A stretch of 64,000 bases of DNA from Azolla caroliniana (taxonomy: Eukaryota > Plantae > Polypodiophyta), in contig JBHGNT010000022.1 of NCBI GenBank assembly GCA_043228905.1, positions 7,378,001-7,442,000 of the forward strand. Direction: 5' to 3'. Shown one piece after another: positions 10,506 through 24,261 of this stretch. The notes under the pieces are model-generated. The model saw only the letters and a list, made by a program, of their open reading frames with translations, did not search any database and had not been told where the DNA came from. A program made the translations under genes and the position numbers. Within the stretch, counting starts at the first letter, position 1. Every line of letters begins with the position of its first letter.

Positions 10506-12942
10506 AGTCGGCATTTTGGTAGTACTAAAACGTTAGATTTAGTACAACGATCATTCTAGTGGTCCCATATGCGACGATTTGTCGAAGATTATGTTCGGAC
10601 ATATGATACATGTGTCGAAACCGGATGTGGAGTACCCGGCGACGGAAGACCCGGTGAGAACCGGATGTGGAGTACCCGGCTACGGAAGACCCGGTGAGAA
10701 CCGGATGATGAGTACCCGGCAAGAGCCGGATGGTGAAGGCCCGGTGAGAAGTGCTCACTGGATGAAGGGACATATTCGTAAATATGTTTTTTGAGAGTCC
10801 ATCGGGGCTATATTTGTAAATAGCCAAAAAGTCATATTAGTATAAATATGACTTAGGGCAAATGTAGTAGTGGTCATTCTTGTTGGTGCAAGATATGAGT
10901 GCGTAACTGTGTACAGAGAGAGAGAGAGAGAGAGAGAGGAAGAGGTCGTTGCCTCTGTTGTAACCGCCGCCTGTGGCGAAGAAAGCAAGCTCGAGGTCAT
11001 TGCCTCGGTGCTTTACTATTGTACATTGTGATATAGTGATAGTTTGTAGTCTGTGGGCTGCCGTGGTTTTTCCCTAGTTTGGGTTTTCCACGTTAACATC
11101 CCGTGTACTCTTCTCTTTACTGTGTTGTGCGTTCATTACCCGTTTTCTATGTTTGATTCTAGCCTCGGTTGTGGCCGAGCGTTGTTCATCGGGAACGTGT
11201 ATTCCTGTCAACATGTTGCAAAGCAAAGCTGCCAAGACATCATCCATATGGTTTATTGGAACCATTACCAATTCCAAGCAAGTCGTGGCAATCCATTGCT
11301 CTAGATTTCATCACAGATCTTCCAATTTCTAAGGTATTCGATGCGATCTTAACAGTAGTAGATTGATATACGAAGATGGCCCATTTCCTGCTATGTACTA
11401 AGGAAATCACTAGTGAAGAAACTACCAAAACTGTCATGCGTGAAGTATGTCGGCATCATGGCCTCCCCGATAGTATCATCAACGACCATGGACCTTGGTT
11501 CGTCTCAAAATTCTGGAAGCACCTTTTCAAATTTCTCAAGGTCACTTGTAACCTCTCCTCCGACTACCACCCGCAAACAGACAGACAAGCAGAACGAACA
11601 AATCAAACGCTGGAACAATATCTTCAGTGTTTTCTAAGTTATCACTAAGATGACTAGACGATTATTCTTCACTTCACCGAATTTGCGTATAATAACTCTG
11701 TCCACTCATCGACTAAGGTTACACCATTTTATGCTTATACGGGCTATCATCCCCGGTGGTGTGTATTTGAAACTCTGGATTTACCCACAAATCGTTGTGC
11801 AGAGGATCATTTGGAGTGGTTACGCAAGATACGGGCGGATTTATCTACTCATTTACAACAAGCTCAACAAACACACAAGGATTATGCGGATTGCCATCGG
11901 CTTCCATCCAGTTTTAGCATTGGAGATCGGCTATAGCTATTACGAAGACACATCAAAACTGCTCACCCATGCGATAAATTGGATTATCGGTGATTGGGTC
12001 CTTTCTATATTATCAGAAAAATTAATGATGTCACTTTTCGTCTCGATCTACCTCCGCAACTACGGATACATTCGGTATTTCATAGTTCTCTTCTAGAACC
12101 CTATCAGGACAGCACTATCCTAGGTCGTATCAAACCACCTCCACCTCTGATCGAACTTGAAGATGGACCTGAGTACGAGATTGCCACCATCCTTGATTCC
12201 AAGATTATTCGCAACAAGCTCTACTATTTGGTCGATTGGCTAGGATACAGCCCTAACGAACATACTTGGGAACCAATAGAGAATGTGACCAATGCTCGTG
12301 CTCTTCTTGAAGAGTTCCATCGTCAATATCCAGACAAACCGGGTCCTCAATCCAAAACAACTCATAACACTCGTCGTTTTAAAAGGGGGATAGTGTCATG
12401 ATATGGCAAGATTCGAACCCATGACCTTATGTTACATGGTTCAAACCCTTACAATTAAACTATATATTGTAATACAAAAGATATTATTTTCATTTATTAT
12501 TTCACTATAGAAAATTGATGTATATTTCCAGATTTCTCTAGAACATTCTAGAAACTTTAGGAGTACTCTTAAAAACACTATAAGAGGCACGAGGCATTAT
12601 TTCGAACCAAATCGGTTCAACGCCAGTCTTAAGCCTCATAGTTATTCTTGTACTTACTCTTCATATAATATAATATATCTTTTGTTATCATCATTCTCTC
12701 TCTTTCTTGATCTCTCCTCTCTTCTTCTTTTTTCGTAAGTACCTTACCCTAGTGGTAAGTTGTTAACACTACAAGCATTGCGTTGTGGGTTCGAAACCCA
12801 ATCTCCTCACCTCTCTATTATATATTTCATATACTCGATCTCTCTTCTCTCTCTCTCTCTCTCTCTCCTTCTCTCGTGAGTTCTACACCCTTTTCTCTCT
12901 CTTAGTACTAATTCCCTCTCTGTCTTAGTACTGTTCCTAACA
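10506..12942 (+). mobile_element. Ty3/gypsy chromovirus 3' half (integrase + chromodomain + 3' LTR), decayed
   Basis: HFGSTKTLDLVQRSF*WSHMRRFVEDYVRTYDTC|CKAKLPRHHPYGLLEPLPIP (H2C2 region), IALDFITDLP, and chromodomain YEIATILDSKIIRNKLYYLVDWLGYSPNEHTWEP. PPT AAAAGGGGGA at 12381-12390. LTR from TGTCATG 12394 to about CCTAACA 12942. Confidence 0.88.
10613..11210 (+). mobile_element. Solo LTR B (copia A/C-related; 40-bp U3 repeats)
   Basis: TGTCG...TGTCA flanked by TSD ACATG (10608-10612 and 11211-11215). Removing it restores the gypsy integrase frame D-T-C-C-K. Repeat units at 10621, 10661 and 10701. Confidence 0.93.
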
Positions 12943-15770
12943 TACGTCGAGCTGCTCCAGCTCTATGTCTACCATCGCCAGGACCCCTAGAAGGAGCCAA
13001 ATGATGGTCATTTTGACTACATGCGAAAAGATCTCATTGTAGTCAAACCCCATGTTCCTGTTTGAAACCTTTCACGACAAACCGAGCTTTGTTCTTCCGT
13101 CGTTCTGAACTGGATACGTACTTGTATTGGTAGACCCATTTGCACGGTAGCGGCTTCCAATCAGCTGGTAATTCGATCAACTCCCATGTCTTATTTTCCT
13201 TGATCCATTCCATCTCAGATCTCATGGCTTGTAGCCATGTCTCGGTGTTGGGTGCAGCCACAACTTCCTCATAGGAGCTAGGTTCGCCTACATCCATGTA
13301 GTTGACGTAATCGATGCCCGGTTGGTAAAACTTTGTTGGCCTTCTGACTCATTCGGACTTGGGTGCCGAGTTCTTTGGTTTGGATCCTTCGATCATCTCT
13401 ATCGGTTGATCGGTATTTCTTGAACTAGCTTCAAGAGTCCTATGAGATGATTCACCCCTTAAATAGGATTTTGGCGATGTTAATTCATTCTTCCCTTTTT
13501 GGGGGTTAATTAACAAAGGAGTAAAAGCTATGGCTGGTTCAGTTTGGCCTTTCAGCATTTTATCTTCTTTTCCTTCTTTGTCTCTTTCGACATACTCTAT
13601 TGGTTCAGCATTTGTCAATCTTTTAGTCGAATCAAAGTCGATTTCGACTAGGGGATCGTTTGCCATTTTGGATTCAACAAGGGGGTGTTACTGGCTCAGT
13701 CGATTTCGACTATTTGTCGAATATTTGGTTCGGTCCGGTCCTTCTATGGTGTCTCTATCAATGTTGAAGGAGACATTTTTGTTGACCATTTTCGGTTGGT
13801 TCCGTTCAGAGATAATTGAGTCTTCGTTGAAGTCTACGTCACTACTCTGGATCAGTTTCCAGTTCTTTGGATCTCGTAGCTGATAGCCAAAGTCCCCATC
13901 AGTTCCATAACCGAGAAAGATGTGCTTTGTTGAATGGGGCACCATCTTGGTCCTTTTCTCCCTAGGGATGAGTGCATAGGCTTTGCATCTGAATATACGA
14001 AGCCTGTCATAGGTCAATTGTTTGCCTGACCATAGTGCCTATGGCACCTCGAGCCATTGTCGTGAGGATTTTTGGCCATGGTGAGAAAACCCGAGCGGGA
14101 GGAAGAAAACAAGATGTGCAACATTGCACGTGAACTTAGGAAAATTGTAACATATGAATAATAGACAAATGTAAGGAGGAAAAGTAAGATGTAAAGGTAT
14201 AAAGGTGATGTGCACTTTGTAGACTAGAGGGAGGCACATGAAGTATGGGTGTAGGGAGTAGTGGGCATTGAGTATGTCAGTGAGAGGAGAGGGAGTTAAG
14301 ACCCATCAATCTCACCTCCTAAGATCGAGGTCAAATACTCTCCTTTGAAAGAAAGGGGATTTGACCACTCCTTTTTGTAATGTGCCTCACCCCTTGTTAC
14401 TATGAAAGGGAGTGAGGGGTCACTTTTGAGGGGCTTCCACTTTTGAGGTTTCTTTGGGTTGCCATTAGGGTTTCGGAATTTTGGGTTTTAGGATCTCGTT
14501 TTAGGGGTTTCATTCGTCTTCTTCTTCTTCTTCTTCTTTTCCCCTATCCGGTTAGGGTTTCATCTAGAGGGTTTACATTCAGCCTACACGGCCATAGTTG
14601 TAATTGGTGTGGTGCTTTCCATAATGTATCTTGTCTTGTTTAGATCTTATTCTCTTGAATCTTAATCTTTCTCTTCCTTCTTGGTTGAACTCCCAAGTTT
14701 CTCTCCCTCCTCTTACTCCCTAGTCCAAGACCCCCCTAGTCTCGTCCTATCCGACAAGCACGTGCGGATTTCCGCGACACCGTATTGCTCTTGACGGTGA
14801 CAGATTTATGAAATATATTGTCGTCTGCAATACTTCGGCCCAAAATTCCAGTTTCAGTCTGGCTTGCTAGAGCATTGTTGTCACCCTCTCTTGGATCGTT
14901 CAATTGATTCGTTTTGCCACGCCGTTTTGCATGGGAGTGTAGGGAATGATCTTTTGGTGTCGGGTCCCTTTTTCGGGCAGGTACTATTTGAAGGCTCGGG
15001 AAGTGTATTCACCTCCATTGTTGGGCTGAAGTGTCTTCACTCGGTGTCCTGATCGGTTCTACATTTCAACTAACCACCGAGAGAAGACCTCGAGCGCTTC
15101 ATCTTTTGACCTAATCGAGTAGGCCCCGACCTTCCGTGTACAGTCATCTATGAATGCGATGAAATATCGAGCGTCTCCTAGTGATCTTTCACGCATTGGC
15201 CCACATATATCTGTGTGGTCCAGTTCTAGGGGTTGTCGTACCATCTCATAATGGAGAGAGTGCGGACTTCGAGTCTGTTTCCCGTAACGACAATGCACGT
15301 AGAAGTCCATCTTCAATTGGAGTATTGAGATGTAGGCAATCGCCATTAGCCAGTCCAATCCGGCTTGAGACATATGGCCAAGTCAGCCATGCCATAAGTT
15401 TGAATCTGGTGATTTGGTTACATTCATTGTGCCCTCTAGATTGATTGCCATCAATGGATACAAGTTGTTGTACTTCCATCCGTGCCTGATTTTCATATTT
15501 CCTTAGTTGATCATCCATGACGACTCACTAAGAGTCGTTTGGTACCCGGCTTCGGCTAGCATGCCAATGGAGACCAAACTCCTCTTAAGCTTGGGTACGT
15601 GTCGAACTTGGTGCAGGGTGATAGTATTTTCGTTCGGCAATTGGATGGGGACCTCGCCGATCCCTGCGATTACGTCAGACTGTGTCGTTGGCTCTAACCG
15701 AATAGTCCGAAAACCATTCGATGTTGGGGGTCATGTGAAATGTGGCATCGGAATGTATAGGAGTTCACCA
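12943..15770 (-). mobile_element. Decayed Ty1/copia element D (protease-integrase-RT N-terminus), host of the nest
   Basis: Minus-strand fragments ATFHMTP, HTDICGPM...FIDDCTRKV, YDRLRIFRCKAY, WELIELP...CKWVY and LEQLDV, with many stops. Cut at 12942 by the gypsy LTR. Confidence 0.85.
14058..14779 (+). mobile_element. Solo LTR inserted in copia D integrase (4-bp TSD)
   Basis: Termini TGTCGTG...CGCGACA; flanks CCAT/CCGT. Removal restores SPSRAIRLEVP. The 3' end resembles the reverse complement of 49870-49945. Confidence 0.8.
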
Positions 15771-16029
15771 TTCGAATGTCGAAATGGCTCTTCCCACCGA
15801 GGACTCCCCCCATGCGACATCCCCCCATCGTCCCCAAACTATAGAAGGATCCCTCTAGGCTTCACGTTATTAGAGTTAATCGAAGAGTTCTATATGAGGC
15901 CTAACCCTTATACATATGATACCTCTTGTCATAGATTGACCCATGCGTGATATTCGTGGTATTCGACATCCGTAATATTCGTGATATTCGAGAATAGAAA
16001 ATGGCCCGAAGAATAGTATAAAACCATTC

Positions 16030-16113
16030 ATTTACATATACATATACACACATACATAGATACATACACACACACACACACACACATACATACATACATA
16101 TACACACACATAC
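16030..16113. repeat. (CA)n/(TACA)n compound microsatellite
   Basis: Visible CA/TACA runs. Confidence 0.85.
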
Positions 16114-17202
16114 ATCAATAATTAATTAACTCACTAATATAATAATTAATTTACTAATAATTAACTAATTCACTTAAACATTAATTGATTCACTAATACA
16201 TTAACTAGTTTACAAATACATATCTTAATTCATTAAAACATTAATTAATTCATTGGAAAATATTAGTTAATTAATTAATTAGGGCTTTGGCAAAACTTAG
16301 GGTTTCAATGAAACCCTAAGTTTGCAGCGGACAATAGGATGTAGGATTAGCGTAGAGCATGTGAGGGAGTCGAGGACGCAAGCTGAAAAGAAGAAATTTT
16401 GTCGAAATTAGGATTATGACAAAAATTAGGGTTTTCAGCCGAAACCCTAATTTTCTGGCCGAGAACAGGATGCAGAGGGAGGCGAGGGTGTAAGCAGCAT
16501 GTAGAGTGAGTAGGGTGAGGCTTCCTCACTTGCTGCTCATTGTTCATTGTTCACTCGCTTGCAGAAAAAACGCAATTCTTTATTTTATTTTATTTTTTTT
16601 AAGTTTCAAAAAAAAACGAAATTCATTTGTTTAGAACTTACAACACATATCCTCTTTTGATATTAAAAATAATATTGTCTTTTCTCGTCATAGGAGAAAG
16701 GTAATCAACAAATACATGCGTAGGAGGTTTGGACATCATGAATTTAAGATTGAACTTATTTGTTTTTGGAAAAAAAAAAAGATTGAACTTATTTCTTATA
16801 AAGAAGGACCTAGAAGTTTGTTATAAAGCTATCACAATACAAAATCCACACGATTTTATTATGAACTATTCTCTATTCTTTCCATGTAAAGGTGACATTC
16901 TATATTTATCTTCTATGACCTCCTTTCATATGTCTTATATAATCCTACCTATCTTCTTCCTCTTATATCCTAGCTAAATTTAGCACCTCACAAATTACAT
17001 CATGTACTTCTATATATGAATATCCATAAATAAACTACTACATATATACTTGACTTCATTAATGAATATGTGTTTGCTTTAAAAAGACTTTGGTTGAGGT
17101 ATACATGAACATTTCTATTGTTCATATTTATTTCTCATAATGAAAAAAATGGTACCTTCATTTAGATGAGTTTCTTTTTTATTTCATTTGAAACTCAATA
17201 AC

Positions 17203-18860
17203 TTTCTTCTTCTTCTTCTTTTCTAAAAAAAAACCACTTCCATTAGTTAAGTCAATGTACATTGGATAATATACAACTCATATCTTACAAGCCAACTTGC
17301 ATGGCGAAAAAGAAAACAACATGTATAAAGGAATCAACAAAAAACTCCTAATCACCACATCATCCGCTGAGCATAGAATTACTCGGTCGCATAGCCTCAA
17401 CGTGAGCCTCATACAACCCGAATTCAGCATACACATCCTTTGATCTCTTCACGTGGCAACACCACCCATCTATATGTTAGGTACACTCGGAGGGAACAGC
17501 CACTGTGGCGGCTGATAAATCCATTTTGCTTTGCCATCCACCACCTCCAGCATTAGAGAACTTCTCCATTTCAGAAGGAAACGAGCTCTAGCTTCTTCAC
17601 TCGCGTCCGAGGGCTCCTAAAGGCTTTCAAAGTCTCATTGTAAAGTAGAAATAAGATTAAACCAGATCATCATTAAACTCACAACCAGTGGGGTTCCCTT
17701 ACCTGAGAAAGTCTCCTTGCACCTAGATACCCGCACTTGCCCAATGTAAGGCCGACCACTAATAACCAATTGTCCACGTATCATTCCTATATGTAGAATG
17801 AACCTCCTTGCACTGAAGGTTGTACAATTCTATGCATCACCTTTAAAGAAAGACTATTTCCATTCCACCCATGAAACCACGCAGCCAATTCAGTGGCCAA
17901 CCAAATGACTGTTGCACTCGATACATGAACATCAACCCCACATAAAGCCAAGATTCTTAAGCTCCTCGTCCAAACTTCTTGGGCTCGTGGGCAACTCCAC
18001 AAACAATGTGCAGTGTCCTCCAAACTCGCTTCGCAGGCCTTGCAACTACTCATGCCACCCCTTTTCCCAAGCCACTCTCCAGCTGAAACAACCTGATAAG
18101 TGATTAACCAGAAAAACACTTTGACCCTCTCGGGGAGGGATGAGTTCCATATCCTACTCCTAGTTCTATCCATGAAGATCGAATTGACAACTACATGGGC
18201 CCATTTGTTGGCGCACTTCTCACAATGCAAGCATAACTTTCTCCCCAAGCACGTCGAGTACTCGAAGAAACCTATTGCTTTATCTTGTTCTCCCTTCCAC
18301 TTATATTTTGCAGGATCCCATCCTAAACACTCGAGTGGCTTGCCTTGAACCACGTACAAGATCCAGTCCTCCTCAACCTCATCGATTGGTGGATTCACCT
18401 TCCATTTCTTGCCGTCTCGTGCCACAATTCTAATTGGGGGGCCAACTTGCACCTTTATCTATTGATCCCAACTAAATGACCGTTTCGTTCTTTCCTAGCC
18501 CTTGGCATTGATCATTTTTCCCATATCATCACATTGTCTGGACCATTCACCCTCGTCCCCATTACTAATAGGAACAAAGTTACAAGTATACAACTATATT
18601 GACTAGGTCAAGCATCTTCCTACCATTTCTGAACCAAGTCTTGATATAATTTATCACAATTACTGGCAGATAGCTGCATCCAATCTGCCACTAACTGAAT
18701 CCCTACACAGTACAATATAGCCCACGACATACCCTTGCTTTGTCCAAGCATCTTTCCCTCCATCGACTTTAAGGTCTCATTCCACAATAGGGTTGGTGCA
18801 TCCATTCAACATTAGTACTTGGACCTATCCGACTTAGATGCCCATGGAGCATACTCCACG
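17203..18860 (-). mobile_element. L1-type LINE 3' fragment (ORF2 zf-RVT domain); boundaries approximate
   Basis: IWNSSLPERVKVFFWLI...CKACEASLEDTAHCLWSCPRAQEVW in ORF 17787-18452; possible (GAA)n/A-rich tail near 17203-17225. Confidence 0.78.
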
Positions 18861-21088
18861 CTTTCATCACTGACATACATGTGTGATCACCCTCATATTA
18901 TTACCCATCGGATACAATACAACACTCTACCCCTAAAAGTGTCCTCATAAAAAATATATACATGTTTTAGAAGGCTACATACAATAGACAACAAATTGAA
19001 ACAACAATCTCATGACTTACCTTCTCAATATATAAGGCCATATCTTAATTGCCTTCAGAAGCACAAAGAGTCATGTAGATTCCTTTGCTAAAAACCACAA
19101 ATTGTAGTGTTGTAAACGGAGGCCTAGTTCAATACATATATGCACATACGAGCTGAGCTCTCCAAGCAAAGTATATGAATACTCCTTGCTTCTCATGCAT
19201 GTCAATATTTATGAGATAAAATCCACCAATTTATAAATAACGCTCTAGATTGAATTATTATTTGTAAGATACTCCTAACAAAGACTTACAACCTAAACAT
19301 GTTAGTATATTAGTGGTTTGACTTAGTATCTTTGGCACAAACTTGCCTATATTTCTCATGGTTAGCTTAGATCGTTTACTTTTTTTATGATCCTATTGCA
19401 TTGAGTAGCATGAAATATAAAGTTTCAAAGCATCTACTTTATAATTACTTGACTTTTCATATCCGGTATTTGTATGTGTTGTAAATATTGATACAATATT
19501 TATTGTTTGTTCGTGTGTTAATCTGCATAAAGGGAAAATTGTAGAAATTGCTTACGTCATTAAATATTCTTGATGGACTTTTAGTGAATCCAAATCGAAA
19601 TTTATCAGCTTCCAAAGTTTGGGCTCCCTTGTAGCATAAGGAACTATGTCCCTAATTCAATATTCTTCTCGAACCACCCAAGTATGACTTGAGAGAATCT
19701 ACACATGGCTGATGTTACAATTACGTGTAAATTGTGCCAAACACAACAAATTAAGCCTCAATTGCGTGATCGCTTGGTTAGCCCAAATTTTTTGGATATG
19801 TTGATTGAATGACCCCAAGTTTCAATATTACGTATCACATCTTGAAGCTATTCCCCATGTTTTAACTTTTGCGCCTCTTCCTTTAAAACTCTTTCATATT
19901 TTATAGCAACCAAAATGCTTTCATGACATAAAAATATGTTCCAGCACCCGTTGTGGATCTTATCTTAGTATTAAGACAAGTTCGATTAAATTCAAAGGAC
20001 AAGATGGTATTATTGCCAAAAAACTAAGCACCTCTACCTTGATGAGTTCTAAAGGTTAAATGGTGTGCATGTCCTAGAATTAACAATGAGTTAAATCGTT
20101 TTTCATGGAGTGTACTAATGATAATCCACCTTACAAACATCTCTTCTTAGCATGCATCCAACAAGAACTCTTTATTTATTTATTTATTTTTGTGTCTTTT
20201 GAACTTTTTTACTTGTTTCTCATGCAACTCTAGGAAGTAGATGTGGGTGAGTTCTTTAACCTTAACCATTTAGTTCACAAACCTCTCCATGATCTCAATT
20301 GAAAGTGATGTGACCTCAATAGTAGGGAGCATTTCTAGCTTTTGTATGTTAATTAAAATAATCTTCATTAGGAAATGCTTTTGGACACTTTCTAAGTCTT
20401 TCTAAGTGGATTTAGAGATACTACCACTTTATACTTTAACCCCAAAGAAAAGCATTGGAGTCACGAAAGTGTTAAAGTGGTACTTCTTGAGAACCCAAAT
20501 TTTGATTTCTCCTCCATTGCATAATAATTCTCATATATTGAGAAAGCCCTCTTTTCTAGTTCCAAATAACAACTCGTCCTATTTAAAGTTCTCAATAGTT
20601 TCAAGTTTCAACATTCATTATTGTACACAATGTATGTACTGAGTGTCTTTAGAAACATAACCCTTAGTTTTGAGCCATTTAAATGTAATTTATACTATGC
20701 ATTCAAAGACACTAATAAGTTTTTGTACATTTTTGAAGTATTTGTTAAAAAAAGGCACATAATTCGTGTTAAACAAAAGTCAAATGAATGCATAGATAAC
20801 CTCTCAATTTCCTTCTTATTGTGCAAACTCGTGAGCCATTTGTTCTTATTCATTGATGTATAACCCAAATAGAATGTGCATCCTTGTGCAACACCAATAG
20901 TGTTAGTGACTTTTATGAAATTTCTAATTACTGACACATGAACACATGCTATGACCTTCCCATTAGATGTCTGAATTTGCAAATGTAAACTAACTTGGCA
21001 CTTGGAATTATGACATACACTACAAATATATTCAAAGGTCACCCATATACCTAGAAAATTCTTAAAGTCTACGAGACAACAATGTATA

Positions 21089-21431
21089 TAGTCTTCACCT
21101 TCCAAATAACTTTCTTTGTTATAAGTTATAGCATGAAGAATGATATTTACTTATCTCTATGTCCCTTTCAATCCTCTAACGTATAATGGTGCTATAGTGA
21201 TATTTTTGAAAACTTTCTTATATGTTTACCATCTTTCAATTTGCTTCAACCAATATACTTAGTCTTCACCTTCCAAATAACTTTCTATGTTATAACTTGA
21301 CTAATAATATTTACTTATCTATATGTATCTTTCAATCCCTCTTACATATAATGGTTGGTGCTATTGTGATATTTTTGAAAACTTGCTTATATGTTTACCG
21401 TCTTTTAATTTGCTTCAACCAATATACTTAG
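21089..21431. repeat. Diverged tandem duplication, ~171-bp period
   Basis: GTCTTCACCTTCCAAATAACTTTC at 21091 and 21262. Confidence 0.85.
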
Positions 21432-22644
21432 CAATGTATCCATTACACATTAGACAACTTCACCATGAGAAAATTGACCATGATTATCTATAATTGTTTA
21501 GAATCTTTATATTTTCCTCTTTATTAAAAGGTCTAATCCAAATTGTACTTCATGCAATTTCGCAAATGTAAGATTAATTATACCATCTATGCAGGCATTC
21601 AACATTTTGAGTTGTTTCCTCCATTGTTACTGTGCAATTCCTTAAGGCTGATGCGTACATCCTAAAATACTAAATCAAGAATACATATATGAAAGAGAAC
21701 CATAACCCACATCTCTCCATTGTTTATGCTCATATAGGTTGTCATACCACATATACATAGAGTTCATAAGATGGACACTACTATAACTCTCAACGCGCTT
21801 GTCCTTTAGGTTTCTCCCAAATTGACCAATTGTATGTGTGTGCTTTTGCCTTGGATTTGGAGAAATTGCCGCTGAGAAGGTAGTGATCCACTTTTGTAAA
21901 AATGTTTTCCCATTACCATAAACCCTAATATTGAAGACATTGACATACAAACTAGGATAAGTAAAGCATGGAAGCTAGAAGACAATGGACATTCAAAATT
22001 GAACCACAATGGGCAATAATATGTTTCACTGATCTTTGAACAACAATGTGCTATATGCCCTAACATATAGAGGATAATGAACTACGATTTGAAATAATTG
22101 AAGAGGCACATTTGAAGAGAAATACAAACCGGAACCACATTAGATTGTTAATGCATCATGTATTCACACATTATGATACAATCCTTGATATGGAACACAA
22201 CGAAATACAAATCCGAGCTGTTCAAGTGGGTATATTAGAAGACAAATGGGAATACGAAATATGGCATGATAGTGTCAATCACCCCAATATGGTAGGAGCC
22301 TTAAAGTCGAAGACAATGAACACGTGAGAAGGGGCAATGACCACGCACCGAGCTCTAATACGAGAATGTGTAACGACCATGCGACAAGTGCTAATATGAG
22401 AAGGGCAATGACCACACAACGAGTGCTATATACAAGAAGGGGCAACTGCCAGAGTGAGAAATTGGTGGAGCAAGCATGCGATATTTGGTCGAGAGGGAAC
22501 AAGATTAGAGTGTGGGTGGGTGGGTGGGTACTTTGGCCAAGTTGTGAAACACTACAAACCCAGGTAGGCGAGAAGAGGAAGTGACGGACACACTGAGACG
22601 GTGCGAGAAGCACACATGGATGTGTTAGTGCCACCCGAACCCCC

Positions 22645-22645
<1 letters not shown>

Positions 22646-22704
<59 letters not shown>
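22646..22704. repeat. (GA)n microsatellite
   Basis: Perfect AG run. Confidence 0.97.
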
Positions 22705-22707
<3 letters not shown>

Positions 22708-24257
22708 TTATATTAACGTCTTCTAAGGCCAAAATTGGCGCATGAGACAAATGGTTTACAAAAAAATGGGATATTTACCCATTCATTGAAAGTAAAAATA
22801 AAAATAAGATAGTTCTAAATAGAGTTTAAGCTAAATAGTTCTAAGAAAATAACAAACATGTTCTATATAAAAAACATGTTCTACAATGAAAAAGATGTTA
22901 AACTAGGCCTAATTTCATTTCCATCCAAGTCTCTCGAAGAGAAGTGTGAGGTCAAAGGGTTGTGATGTGGATGTGGCCTGTGGTCCCAATGTAAAAGGTA
23001 CCCCAACCATAGCTTCTAGTCGATGTAGCTCACGTTCCCTTATCTTCTTAATATTTTCTACTACATGTCAACTTGTTTTGAAGCCCAACATCCGAGGGCG
23101 TTTGGTTGTTCTTTGCATTTTTGCTTCCTCAAGGGAGAGGCTGAGCGGCATAAGTGTATCCACATTCATCATCTCCCCTTGTTCCTGAAAAATTACACTA
23201 GTTACATGTTGATGAATAGTAAAAGGGTTATGGTTAACACTTTGTAATTTATTCTCCCTATGTTGTTTTAGTTCTAAGATATACCTACCTAGTCTCTTTA
23301 CAGTCGGGGTATCTAATAGTTTGGAGAGGGTGGGAGAGGGTCCTAATATGTCTTGGTATTTCGCCCGTATCTCGGCATAAGTTGGCACTTGCATGCGAAG
23401 TGATACTCATCCTCTATCTCTATGTGGCATAACCTACATAGCCTTTCCTCTCTAGGGACTCTATTAGCCCAACCATTCTCAATCTCAAGTTGGTGAGATG
23501 ATATCCTAAGTTGTCCAATAGCCACCCTTAGTGCATTTGATAAGAATGTATCTAGATATCTTGGTCGTGTAATAAAACCTAACTTAGAGAAGTGCAAGAA
23601 GTGTTCCTTATAGTACAACATTTTAGATGGGAGTGGCTTTTGTGGGGTGATCCATTTATATCGAGTGTAAATTTGCCATATTTCTTGTCGTATCACTTTA
23701 TTACGGTCTTCATGAGAGATTAGAGTTTGATCCATCCCATGGTTGTACTTAAGGGGAGGTAGGTTATTAATGTCTATGCCGTTTGCAAGTAACAAACTCA
23801 CCACAATGTTATACCAAGAGCTAGTGTCTCCAGACGCATGTAGGTATCGGGATGCCTCAAAGGCTCGACGAGATATCCTATCTTTGTGGTTGGCTATGTA
23901 TCCGATGAATAAAAACCACCACTTGAAAGAGTGCTTCTACTAACATTGGGGGTAGACTGAACTCAACTCTAATAATGTCATGTGGTACTGTCGATTTGCT
24001 TCAGAGTTGACGTGATAACATCTTCACCAAAGGTCTCTCTAATTGCGTCCACATGAAAGATAGTAGACCTGGAGCCCATACTACTGATGCATACATGAGG
24101 GAAGGGGTCACTAATGAGTCGAAGAGCCATCCCTTAGTCCGTGGCTCTTGAAAGTATGCCTGGTGGCATTGTCTCTCTAAGAGTGAGAGGGATGCATACC
24201 CTCTCGTTAGCCTATCTTTGGCTGCCTAGGTCATGGAGAATTTACCTGAGGGGGCCC

Positions 24258-24261
<4 letters not shown>
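22705..24261 (-). mobile_element. Non-L1 LINE 3' fragment (RTE/RTEX-like ORF2 C-terminal Cys domain)
   Basis: QLRISSHQLEIENGWANRVPREERLCRLCHIEIEDEYHFACKC followed by frameshifted PTYAEIRAKY. The clade assignment is inference. Confidence 0.75.

Noticed and set aside
12405-12800. Functional tRNA genes at the tRNA-like sites
   Set aside because: Acceptor and anticodon stems are broken in every copy, so they are reported only as relics.
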